From assembly GCA_029858565.1 (NCBI GenBank), contig JAOUEV010000050.1, positions 1 through 25,341 on the forward strand: a stretch of 25,341 nucleotides of DNA. The letters are read 5' to 3'. The stretch comes from Nitrospirota bacterium (GTDB lineage: Bacteria > Nitrospirota > UBA9217). The notes beneath the pieces are model-generated. The model did not search any database, was not told the origin of the DNA, and saw only the letters and a program-made list of their open reading frames with translations. The translations under genes were made by a program, and so were the position numbers. Positions 8,166 to 16,630 of this stretch are shown piece by piece (the stretch's first letter is position 1; each line of letters begins with the position of its first letter).

Positions 8166-9662
8166 TTACGCTGTTGATCCTTCTGCTACCGTTTCCGCAG
8201 ATGAAGCGCGCGGTTGGCCAACCTGTAAAAAAAGCTTCTTCAAATGATGAATTGACACCTTATTCAACTTTCCTCTCGGAAGGCTTTTACATAAAATGAT
8301 GTGTTTCGGTATTTTGTAATCGGAAATCCGGTGCTTCATGAATTCTCGTAATCCAGCCGCCGTCTCCGAGTGGTGAAGAACTACAAAAGCGACCAGGCCC
8401 ATACCGCTGACATCATCGTCAATCCCGATGACTTCCGCTTCGCAAACGGATGGATGCTCTGCAAGGACCAGCTTTACCTCCTCGGTGCTTACTTTCTTGC
8501 CGGCGACATTGATTTGGCCGTCTGCTCTGCCGGTTATAAAAAGCCTGTTCTGTTTATCCATATATCCCACGTCTCCTGTAAAGAGCCACGGATCGAAGAC
8601 AGTAAAGCTGTTACGACGATCGCAGATAAAATATCCTTTCCCTGCACCGGGAGAATTAACGGCTACCCTGCCGTCACTTTCTATTCTGACTTTAACGGAT
8701 TCGACTGGGATCCCGGCCAGATGGGGTATAAAAGCGCCGTCACCCTGTTCAACCGCCAGCAAGGACGTTTCCGTTGTTGCATACATCTCTCGAACCCGGA
8801 TTCCGTATTTATTCAACAGGCCTTCCTTATCATCCGGAGTGAGCTTCGACGAACCTGAATACCAGCGCCGTACAGATCCGAGGTCGCAGGCAGGCGGGCG
8901 GGGCATCTTCAGAACGATCTGATACATGAATGCCGGAGCTTTAACGATGCTCGGTCGATGCCGGCTGATCATAGCTAAAAAGGTTTTCGGCAGGAATTTC
9001 GCCATGCACAGCGACTGGGCCCCGCTTTCCACCGCTGCCAGCGTAGGCATGATACCAGCTGAATGAAAGAGCGGTGCCGCGTTGAAAACAAGATCTTCGG
9101 TCGTCATGCCATATGCCTTCGACGACAAGCGCGCCGCATTCATCATGCGCTCATAAGTGTAGACAATGCATTTCGGAGAGCCGGTGGTGCCAGACGTAAG
9201 CAGGTATAGAGCTTCACGTCTTTCGTCCAGGCAGCGGTATTCTTTAAGCGATCCGTAACGCCCCCCTTCCGTCGATGCGGGGAGTTCGCCTGTTTTCAGC
9301 ACACGTACCGAGCCCACGCCATCGAGTGGCGGCACCGGTCCTTCCGTCAGAACCATTTTCGGTTTCAACTGGGTGCATATTTTCTGCAGCTCAACCCCGG
9401 GGATGAGGGGATCGAGGGGCAGCACGATCGCGCCAATCCTGATTGCTCCGAAAAATGCCGCAATAAACTCAGCAGGATCGGATATGACGAATGCGATCAC
9501 GTCCTGTTCCTTGATATTTTGCTGCTGAAACAGGCTGCTCCATATGAGGGAACGATGCCGGATAGCGGCGTAGCAGTACTCACCGCGGGGCGTGTTCAAA
9601 AACGGCGCGGACGGATTAACGTCATAGTTGTGAGTAAGCAGCTTTTCGATCAGGCCAGGCAT
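8166..9662 (-). CDS. Class I adenylate-forming enzyme (acyl-CoA/acyl-ACP ligase)
   Basis: LLTSGTTGSPK, PLFHSAG, YATTE, TGD, GRADGQINVAGKKV, YKIPK and terminal catalytic Lys (LNKV). Probable start 9662; the ORF is open to 9704. Confidence 0.93.
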   Translation of the reverse strand: MPGLIEKLLTHNYDVNPSAPFLNTPRGEYCYAAIRHRSLIWSSLFQQQNIKEQDVIAFVISDPAEFIAAFFGAIRIGAIVLPLDPLIPGVELQKICTQLKPKMVLTEGPVPPLDGVGSVRVLKTGELPASTEGGRYGSLKEYRCLDERREALYLLTSGTTGSPKCIVYTYERMMNAARLSSKAYGMTTEDLVFNAAPLFHSAGIMPTLAAVESGAQSLCMAKFLPKTFLAMISRHRPSIVKAPAFMYQIVLKMPRPPACDLGSVRRWYSGSSKLTPDDKEGLLNKYGIRVREMYATTETSLLAVEQGDGAFIPHLAGIPVESVKVRIESDGRVAVNSPGAGKGYFICDRRNSFTVFDPWLFTGDVGYMDKQNRLFITGRADGQINVAGKKVSTEEVKLVLAEHPSVCEAEVIGIDDDVSGMGLVAFVVLHHSETAAGLREFMKHRISDYKIPKHIILCKSLPRGKLNKVSIHHLKKLFLQVGQPRASSAETVAEGSTA

Positions 9663-10489
9663 GCGATCTTCTCTTTTAAATCTACGAAATACTTTTTGCT
9701 GCATTCAGCCGCTTTTTCAGGCTCGTCACTGTAGGTATACAATTCTATCGAGCAATATCCCGTGTAAGTGTGGTTCAGCAGGAAACCCACGACAGATTTG
9801 AAGTCGATGTCCCCTTCTCCCGGAAGCAGGTGGTGATGAACATGGTTCTTAATGTCCTCGAAGTGCATGTGTTTCAAGGCGGATCCAAATCGGTCGATGA
9901 ATGCGGAGATATCTTCATGGCAGCATTCGGCGTGGCCGATATCGTAGGTTACCCCCAGCTTCCTCGGATATCGATCAAGAAGACTCAACACCGCAGGAGC
10001 GCGCTCGACGAGCATATTCATCTCGTTCTCAATAAGGAGCATGGTATCTGTTTTGTTTCGCTCAACCAGTTCATCCAAAGAGTCGCACAGTATCCGGTGG
10101 GATTCCTCAACGGTGCTGGTCGCAGGGAGCACGCCAGAAGTAACCGTTACATATTTGCATCCAATTTCTTTGGATACCTCCGCGGCCTTGAGTATCAATT
10201 CGATTCTTCTCTGTCGGTCCTTTTTGTTCACACTGATCAGGGAAGGTTCGAAATCCCGCTCGCTGAGAAGGTCTTTGGCTCCCGTGTGGACGTTGGCGAC
10301 CGTCAAGCCGGTGTCGTGAACTTTTCGACGCAGGGACTCTATGTACATGTCGGAGTGGTAAAACGGATCCAAATGATTCCTGTGCAGCGAAATTTCCACC
10401 GCTTCATACCCAAGGGAGGAGAGACAGTCAAGTGTGTCAAAAATGGTTTTCTTTCTGAAGCCGTTGGAATTATAGGCCAATCTGAACAC
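9650..10489 (-). CDS. Sugar-phosphate isomerase/epimerase, xylose-isomerase-like TIM barrel (copy 1)
   Basis: LAYNSNGF, HTGA, FEPSL, IENE, YDIGH, MHFEDI, HHHLLPGEGDIDF, IELY motifs; paralogous to 6978-7808. Confidence 0.9.
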   Translation of the reverse strand: MFRLAYNSNGFRKKTIFDTLDCLSSLGYEAVEISLHRNHLDPFYHSDMYIESLRRKVHDTGLTVANVHTGAKDLLSERDFEPSLISVNKKDRQRRIELILKAAEVSKEIGCKYVTVTSGVLPATSTVEESHRILCDSLDELVERNKTDTMLLIENEMNMLVERAPAVLSLLDRYPRKLGVTYDIGHAECCHEDISAFIDRFGSALKHMHFEDIKNHVHHHLLPGEGDIDFKSVVGFLLNHTYTGYCSIELYTYSDEPEKAAECSKKYFVDLKEKIACLA

Positions 10490-10736
10490 GACTCTTCCCT
10501 CCTGTTTTGAGGTTCACATGTTCGAAAATGCTATCGACACTCGTCAGGATCTTATATATTTCGTTGTCGTCGATGGTTAAGTCGTATTTCTCTTCCAAAG
10601 CGGTAGCGAGTTCCAACGCGTTAATGGAATCAAGGCCTATATCTGCATTCAATGATGCGCCATCCGAAATGTCTTCAGGCCGAATGGACAATTTCAGCGT
10701 TCTCACGATCAGGTCCTTTATCTCATTCTTTGTCAT
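10470..10736 (-). CDS. Acyl carrier protein
   Basis: 88 aa from the ATG at 10736 (AGGAGG RBS); acidic, with phosphopantetheine site IGLDSINALEL. Confidence 0.93.
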   Translation of the reverse strand: MTKNEIKDLIVRTLKLSIRPEDISDGASLNADIGLDSINALELATALEEKYDLTIDDNEIYKILTSVDSIFEHVNLKTGGKSRVQIGL

Positions 10737-10746
10737 CGACAACCTC

Positions 10747-11925
10747 CTATTGACCTCGCATGCAGAGCAGTGCCGACCCTGCGGTTCCATACTGGTCAAA
10801 ACAATTGATGAGCACGCCGGAACCGGACCCATCGCGCCCGGTGATGCTCGAGACTCGTTCGGTTTTGCCCGATCCTGAATCCATGGTAGTCGGCAAAGAG
10901 TCGTGCCGCAAAGAATTGACGGCGGTAACGACTTGCATCATGCCTGACGCGCCGAATGTTTCTCCTGCTGCATATTTAAACCGCGCAACGCGCGGTATGT
11001 CCAAGCCAAAAACACGCTTCATGGCCATGTTTTCTAGCCGGTCCAGGACGGATCCATTGGCGTTCGCGGAAATATAAAAGGAATTCGGTTTCCAAGCGAG
11101 GCAAGCTCTCATCGACCGCTCCAGCGAATCAACAATATGCCTTGGATCGCTCCGGCTTTGTGTTATCGCAATTTCATCGATTCTGCCCAATACGACGGCA
11201 CCTCTCTGGAGGGCGTCCTGCTCCCTTTCCACGACAATTGCGGCAGCCCCTTCTGCAGGGGATATACCTGGGAGAATGATTGACCGCCGGCTTATACTCG
11301 ACTGATCTCCGATTATCGCTGTTTTGCACAGTTCCATGACGATGCCGGATATCTCTTCAGCTCCAACGGCGACCATTGCTTTCATATCGTCACAGGCGAG
11401 AGCGACACAGGCATTGAAGAGAGCATTCAAGGAAGAGGTGGCAAAGGACGACACTACCGTATTATGTCCTTTGATGCCGAGCTCGAGACAGAGGGCTCCG
11501 ACTGACTCGTTCGGCGCACATCTGCTGGCAAGAAGCGCCGACGCTCTTTTCTTCCCTTCTTGCAGAGAGTTGCAGATCTCTTCTCTGAATACCGTGCCTG
11601 ACAGCGCCGTCCCGACTATTGCGCCCGTTTTGTTCTTATCCAGTCCTGCAATATCCGCTTGCAGCGCTGCCTCCTTTGCAGCTATGAGCGCCATTTTCGT
11701 CAGTTTTGTCGCCATGCGGCACATATCAACGCTCATATGACCGGCAAAATCGACGTCAAGAGGGCGAGAAATGGTTTTCTTGTTTTCGCCGAGAGCCTCC
11801 GTGCCCATAAGCTGTTCACTGTTATTCAAGTTCTGCCATACTTCTGCGTTGTTATTGCCTATCGCGCAGATTATCCCTGAGCCGGTTATGACAAAACGAT
11901 CTCCCAGATCGGATAGCTTCAACAC
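10747..11925 (-). CDS. Catalytically inactive ketosynthase homologue (chain-length-factor-like)
   Basis: KS fold, but SACTSS->SFATSS, HGTGT->NANGS and KGAIGH->KYAAGE. GTG start at 11925 overlaps the KS stop, with GGAG upstream. Confidence 0.85.
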   Translation of the reverse strand: MLKLSDLGDRFVITGSGIICAIGNNNAEVWQNLNNSEQLMGTEALGENKKTISRPLDVDFAGHMSVDMCRMATKLTKMALIAAKEAALQADIAGLDKNKTGAIVGTALSGTVFREEICNSLQEGKKRASALLASRCAPNESVGALCLELGIKGHNTVVSSFATSSLNALFNACVALACDDMKAMVAVGAEEISGIVMELCKTAIIGDQSSISRRSIILPGISPAEGAAAIVVEREQDALQRGAVVLGRIDEIAITQSRSDPRHIVDSLERSMRACLAWKPNSFYISANANGSVLDRLENMAMKRVFGLDIPRVARFKYAAGETFGASGMMQVVTAVNSLRHDSLPTTMDSGSGKTERVSSITGRDGSGSGVLINCFDQYGTAGSALLCMRGQ

Positions 11926-13163
11926 GTCCGGTCTCCAGCCTTTCTGATCAGCAACGAACTGCATTGTCCTCCAAAAGCGTAGGAGTTCGAAAGGCATGCC
12001 TGGACATCAGAACTTCTCGCCGCATTCGGAACATAATCGAGATCGCATGCTTCATCGGGCGTTTGATAATTAATCGTGGGTGGAATGAAACCAGAAGAAA
12101 GACTCATCACACAGGTAACAGCGCCTATCGCGCCTGCGGCGCCGTTCATATGCCCTATTGCTCCTTTTACGGAGCTCACCGGCACGTCGTAGGCTCTTTT
12201 CCCAAATACGTTCTTGATCGCCGCTGTTTCGGCAACATCATTCAACTTAGTGCCGGTGCCATGGGCTGCAACATACCCGATCGATGCCGAATCAGCGTCC
12301 GCTTTCGCCAGGGCTTTTCTCATTGCCTCGGCAGCGGACACTCCGGCAGCATCAGGTGCAGTCATATCGACGGCATCATTCGTTATCCCATACCCCCCAA
12401 TCTCTGCCTCAACAACTCCCTTTCTTCCAACAGCCGTCTCGAATGGCTCAAGAACGAGCATGGCAGCACCTTCCGAGAGAACGAGGCCTTCTCTGTTTTT
12501 ATCAAAAGGTCTACACGCTTCCCTTGCCAGTGCCCGATATGCATTAAAGCATGAGAATTCGAAAGGAGACAGTATATCCATGCCTCCGGTTATCGCCACG
12601 TCCGCCAATCCGCTTTTTATCAGGTCAAAGGCATAGGCGATCGCCGCGTTGCTTGACGTACATGCGGAGATATTAGTTACGCTGTAGCCGCCAATCCCGC
12701 ACAGGTCCGACAATTCAGCCGTGAGGGAATGAAACGGATATTTTTTTGCCATCCCGAGATCGGAGTATGCCAGCTTTTTGTGAAAATACAGTTCATGAAC
12801 AGCCAGGCCGCAGTTGATTCCGCCAGCTGCCGTAGCAAGGACGAGTGCCGTCCTTTTTTGACGGAAGTCGGAAGGGGCAAGGCTCGCGTCACTCAATGCT
12901 TCCTTTATGGCCACAGCTGCAAAAGGGATGGCCGATTGATCATACTCTTCGTAGGGACGCCCCGTTTCCTTCTCAAAATAAAATCCTAACCGCTCTCGGT
13001 CGATCTGTCCGGCAATGTTCGTCGAAAAGATGCTAGTATCAAAATAGCGCACCGTCGCAATCCCTGATTCGCCATTCAACAACCGGCTGAAATACTCGTC
13101 CTTGTTCACGCCAATAGCCGTTACTGCTCCGACACCGGAAATCGCAACCCTTGCATTAGTCAT
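11919..13163 (-). CDS. Beta-ketoacyl-ACP synthase (FabF-like type II KS)
   Basis: Intact Cys-His-His triad: SACTSS, HGTGT, KGAIGH; also RPFD, EGAAML and SNSYAFGG. Confidence 0.95.
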   Translation of the reverse strand: MTNARVAISGVGAVTAIGVNKDEYFSRLLNGESGIATVRYFDTSIFSTNIAGQIDRERLGFYFEKETGRPYEEYDQSAIPFAAVAIKEALSDASLAPSDFRQKRTALVLATAAGGINCGLAVHELYFHKKLAYSDLGMAKKYPFHSLTAELSDLCGIGGYSVTNISACTSSNAAIAYAFDLIKSGLADVAITGGMDILSPFEFSCFNAYRALAREACRPFDKNREGLVLSEGAAMLVLEPFETAVGRKGVVEAEIGGYGITNDAVDMTAPDAAGVSAAEAMRKALAKADADSASIGYVAAHGTGTKLNDVAETAAIKNVFGKRAYDVPVSSVKGAIGHMNGAAGAIGAVTCVMSLSSGFIPPTINYQTPDEACDLDYVPNAARSSDVQACLSNSYAFGGQCSSLLIRKAGDRTC

Positions 13164-13887
13164 GCAGTTTCTTGCTCCCTTCTATGATGGCGGGGAGCTC
13201 CTTGTTTTTGCTGAAAATTCGACGATGGAAATAATCCATGTCTTTCCAGGGAAACTGATAAAGCGTTCCGAGAGATGTTGATGAGACGGCTGTGTGCACA
13301 ACCTCTCTCGACAGGCCCTTCGAATACAATTTTGCGCAGATTCTTCCCGCGGCAAGCATGATTTCCTCAGCTGCTATAAGGTTGATATCACAGTAGCGCC
13401 GTTCGTCGTCGGTTATAACGCTCCCTAAATGAAGAAGTAGCGTCCCGACCGTCGCAACATCCTCGGTGCGCTCTGCGTTGATGACAAACAGGGAGTATCG
13501 TCCCATACTCATCGCATCGGCTTCGCCGATGATTTTGATGCTCACCGGGTGCAGGAAGCGATTCGAAACAATCGAAACGACGTCATCAAGTACGAGGTCC
13601 GTAGCGACGTTCACCAGGAGAGTTGGTTTGTTAACAATGCGGGAGAGCGCGCAGATTGTTTCCTCTGCTTCTTTCTTCCCCACCACCAGAAACAGGATCT
13701 CCGCTTCTGTAAGGGTGAGGAGATCTTCGGCAAACCGAAGACCGCAGGTCATTGCTTTTTCCTTTTTAGCGGGATCGATATCGTGAACGAGAATACGGCA
13801 ATGACCTTCAAGACCCGAAGCAAGAATGCTTCCCATTTTCCCGTAGCCGATAATACCGATAGTCTTAGTTTGAATTAATTCAGGCAT
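13156..13887 (-). CDS. NAD(P)-binding oxidoreductase (P5C reductase / F420-oxidoreductase-like N-terminus)
   Basis: N-terminal Rossmann motif IGIIGYGKMG...VHD and a helical C-terminal domain; specific family uncertain. Confidence 0.7.
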   Translation of the reverse strand: MPELIQTKTIGIIGYGKMGSILASGLEGHCRILVHDIDPAKKEKAMTCGLRFAEDLLTLTEAEILFLVVGKKEAEETICALSRIVNKPTLLVNVATDLVLDDVVSIVSNRFLHPVSIKIIGEADAMSMGRYSLFVINAERTEDVATVGTLLLHLGSVITDDERRYCDINLIAAEEIMLAAGRICAKLYSKGLSREVVHTAVSSTSLGTLYQFPWKDMDYFHRRIFSKNKELPAIIEGSKKLHD

Positions 13888-14088
13888 ATTGATATAGAAA
13901 CAGTTCCGGCGTAATTTCTGACTACTGCCGCTTCTGCTAACCGCTGGGCTTCTTCTTTGTGCTTTTGTTAGATACGGATTAAGGTGGATGCGGTGCGACG
14001 CCGCGAAAAGATACTGCCTATTCTCATGTTAAAAGCAAGTGGTGAACGGACCGGAATCGCTCCGTAACATCACCTCGATAAATCTGTA

Positions 14089-15387
14089 TCAATTGACTGT
14101 CGTCTGGTCGAGAAGCACCGCGCGGTAGCCCTCGAGATCCAGATATCCGTTGCCGCTGAGACACGCAACGATGACCCTCTCTTTCTTCTCCTTTTTCGCT
14201 ATATTGGCTTCGTCGATGACCGCCTTTATAGCGTGGCAGGTCTCAGGTGCGGGCAGGATCCCTTCTATGTGAGAAAAAAGGCGGCCCGCCTCGAAGGTGT
14301 CCTTCTGGTCATAGGCGATCGGCTCAATATAACCGAGATGCCGCAGGAGGCTGACGAGCGGAGATCCTCCGTGCTGCCTCAGACCACCGACGTGCATTAC
14401 CGGAGGAATAAAATCGTGACCCAGAGTATACGTTTTATTCAGGGGAGTGAGCTTGCCCGGGTCTCCATGTTCATAACGATATTCTCCTTTAGTGAGCCTC
14501 GGAGCTGCAGTTGATTCGATCGCAAGAAAACGCAGTTGATTTGCCAGCCGCTCCTTGATGAAAGGCATCATAAACCCGCCCAGATTGCTTCCCCCGCCAA
14601 TGCAGGCAATGAGCATATCTGCCCTCTCGCCCGCTGACTCGAGCTGCTTCTTCGTTTCGAGACCGATAATTGTGTTGTGAAGAAGCGTATGGACCGCATT
14701 GCTCCCGTTCAAATAGGTGAATCCTTCATTCTCCATGGCGAACTCGAGCGCATCGCTTATGCCCGAGTTTACGGAGCCTGGGTGGTCAGGAAATTGAGCA
14801 AGCAGCTTGCGTCCGGATTTCGTCAACGGGCTCGGGGACGGAAGGAATTCTGCACCCAAGAGCTCTGCGTGAATTCTGCGAAAAGGCTTATGGTGATAGG
14901 AAACAACGGGGATGAACACTCTGCACTGCAGGCCGTAAAATGAGCTGGCAAGAGCGATCGCCGTACCCCATTGCCCGGCGCCCGTTTGGGTCACCGTTCC
15001 TGTATACCCCTCTTTTTTCACGTAGTATGCCTGCGCGATGCTCGTGTTGGGCTTGAAGCTGCCGCTGCACATCATATCTTCCCTTTTGAAATAGATCCGG
15101 GCAGGCGTTTCGAGATATTTTTCTAGATCTACAGCCCGGTAGAGAGGCGTGGGTCTGCCCGTAATGATGTACTTTTCGAGTACTTCATCTGGGATATCGA
15201 TCCACCGCTCCTCCGTAGCGTCCTGATCTTGAAGGGATTTTGGTGTGATGGCGCGTATTTTCTGGATTCTTGAATCCTCTCCCTCCGGATCCATGCTGGG
15301 TGGTACCTTCTCAGGGAGATCGGCCCTGACGTTGTACCATCTTCTTGGGATATCGAGGGAACTCATCGTTATGTTGCGATTAAGCAT
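14089..15387 (-). CDS. TrpB2-like PLP-dependent enzyme (paralogue B, atypical active site)
   Basis: IPRRWYN, RPTPLYRA, GSFKPNT (PLP Lys), TQTGAGQWG, GGGSN, GILPAPE and LSGNG; GGAGGAG RBS. Confidence 0.92.
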   Translation of the reverse strand: MLNRNITMSSLDIPRRWYNVRADLPEKVPPSMDPEGEDSRIQKIRAITPKSLQDQDATEERWIDIPDEVLEKYIITGRPTPLYRAVDLEKYLETPARIYFKREDMMCSGSFKPNTSIAQAYYVKKEGYTGTVTQTGAGQWGTAIALASSFYGLQCRVFIPVVSYHHKPFRRIHAELLGAEFLPSPSPLTKSGRKLLAQFPDHPGSVNSGISDALEFAMENEGFTYLNGSNAVHTLLHNTIIGLETKKQLESAGERADMLIACIGGGSNLGGFMMPFIKERLANQLRFLAIESTAAPRLTKGEYRYEHGDPGKLTPLNKTYTLGHDFIPPVMHVGGLRQHGGSPLVSLLRHLGYIEPIAYDQKDTFEAGRLFSHIEGILPAPETCHAIKAVIDEANIAKKEKKERVIVACLSGNGYLDLEGYRAVLLDQTTVN

Positions 15388-16582
15388 TTACTCCTCCGAG
15401 AGCATACTTACGTGAGACATGATTTCTCAGTTCCTGCACCTGCTCGAAGAAGTTGTGTATATTTGTGTTGTAGGGAGACTTGAAATATGATGACAGCTGT
15501 GTCAGAATGCCGCCCTCGCCTTGCTGCTGAAAGAAATCGACCCACCGGATGAGATCGAGTACGAGCGGCGCGGCAAGGATCGAATCCTTTCCGAGCCAGT
15601 TGATCTTCATCGACATCTCTTCGTTCAACCATCCGGTAAAGTCGATATTATCCCATGCCTCCTTTGCGTCGCCCCGCGGCTTGTAGTAATTGATATTGAC
15701 CTGGTGGTCGAAATCCGAATAGCCCATGATGTCCGGAAGGACGTTCTTCTTCGACTCAATCTTCGTCGCAAGATTTTCGGCGCAGCTCAGCACTTCGCCG
15801 TCTCTGTTGCCCAGGATATTGACGCTGTACCAGCCCTTTAACTTGAGGGACCTCTCTTTCAGCATGGGTGCAATCACGGTCTTGTACAGTGTCTGTCCCG
15901 TTTTACCGTCCTTCCCTGCAATGGGAAGGTTAAGGCTTACGGCGAGATCCATCAATGCCGGGATGTCGACGGTAACGGAAGGGGTAAAGTTGATATAGGC
16001 CGATCCGGACTTGAGGGCCGCATAGGCGTACAACATCCCGAAGGTGATCGCCGGGCTGTTTTCGTCAAGAGCTTTCTCGAAGGCCGCGAGGGTCTGATAT
16101 TCCGGTTTATCTGTACTGATATGGACCTCCGTAGACGCCAGGTTCACAACGATAATGGAATCGAGTTTATGGCGCTCCTTGAACCTCTTGATGTCGTTAA
16201 TGATCGCCGTTACAGCGTCGCGATGTCCGCTCGTCTTTACGCTGTTTTCGATGAATTTGTCGATTATGTTGCCGGTAACAGTCGCCGCTCCTGGCAGTAC
16301 TACTACGCTTTCCAGCTTGTCTTTCACCGCATCAAGAAGTTTCTCATTCACAACCTTATGCTCCTTGGTAGCCGAATACATGTCTTTCTTGACGATGTCC
16401 CATCCTCCGAACGTGATATCCTGGATATTAACGAAATCGAGATCCTTGTACAGTGGATCGCATTCCGTTGTAAGGTAGTTTTCGTCAATAATTCCCATCT
16501 TTTTTGCAAATACTCCCGTGATGACCGTTGTCGAGATACTGCCTAGAGCACCCACCAGTAATGCACCGATTTTTTTCTTCAT
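15380..16582 (-). CDS. ino1: Inositol-3-phosphate (myo-inositol-1-phosphate) synthase
   Basis: FGGWD, VNLASTE, NFTPS, GKDGKTGQT, NILGNRDG, KEAWD, DSILAAPLVLDL and YFKSP motifs. Confidence 0.92.
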   Translation of the reverse strand: MKKKIGALLVGALGSISTTVITGVFAKKMGIIDENYLTTECDPLYKDLDFVNIQDITFGGWDIVKKDMYSATKEHKVVNEKLLDAVKDKLESVVVLPGAATVTGNIIDKFIENSVKTSGHRDAVTAIINDIKRFKERHKLDSIIVVNLASTEVHISTDKPEYQTLAAFEKALDENSPAITFGMLYAYAALKSGSAYINFTPSVTVDIPALMDLAVSLNLPIAGKDGKTGQTLYKTVIAPMLKERSLKLKGWYSVNILGNRDGEVLSCAENLATKIESKKNVLPDIMGYSDFDHQVNINYYKPRGDAKEAWDNIDFTGWLNEEMSMKINWLGKDSILAAPLVLDLIRWVDFFQQQGEGGILTQLSSYFKSPYNTNIHNFFEQVQELRNHVSRKYALGGVNA

Positions 16583-16630
16583 GTGAAACTCCTCTCCCTA
16601 ATATATTTACGAGGATATTCCTCGTTCTGA

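Noticed and set aside
9770-10510. 246-aa plus-strand ORF and the many other short plus-strand ORFs within 321-18951
   Set aside because: Antisense to motif-supported genes; no RBS or family signal.
13860-13876. tagtcttagtttgaatt resembles the IS inverted repeat (15 of 17 bases)
   Set aside because: It lies inside a coding region, is AT-rich and short, and has no partner; likely chance.
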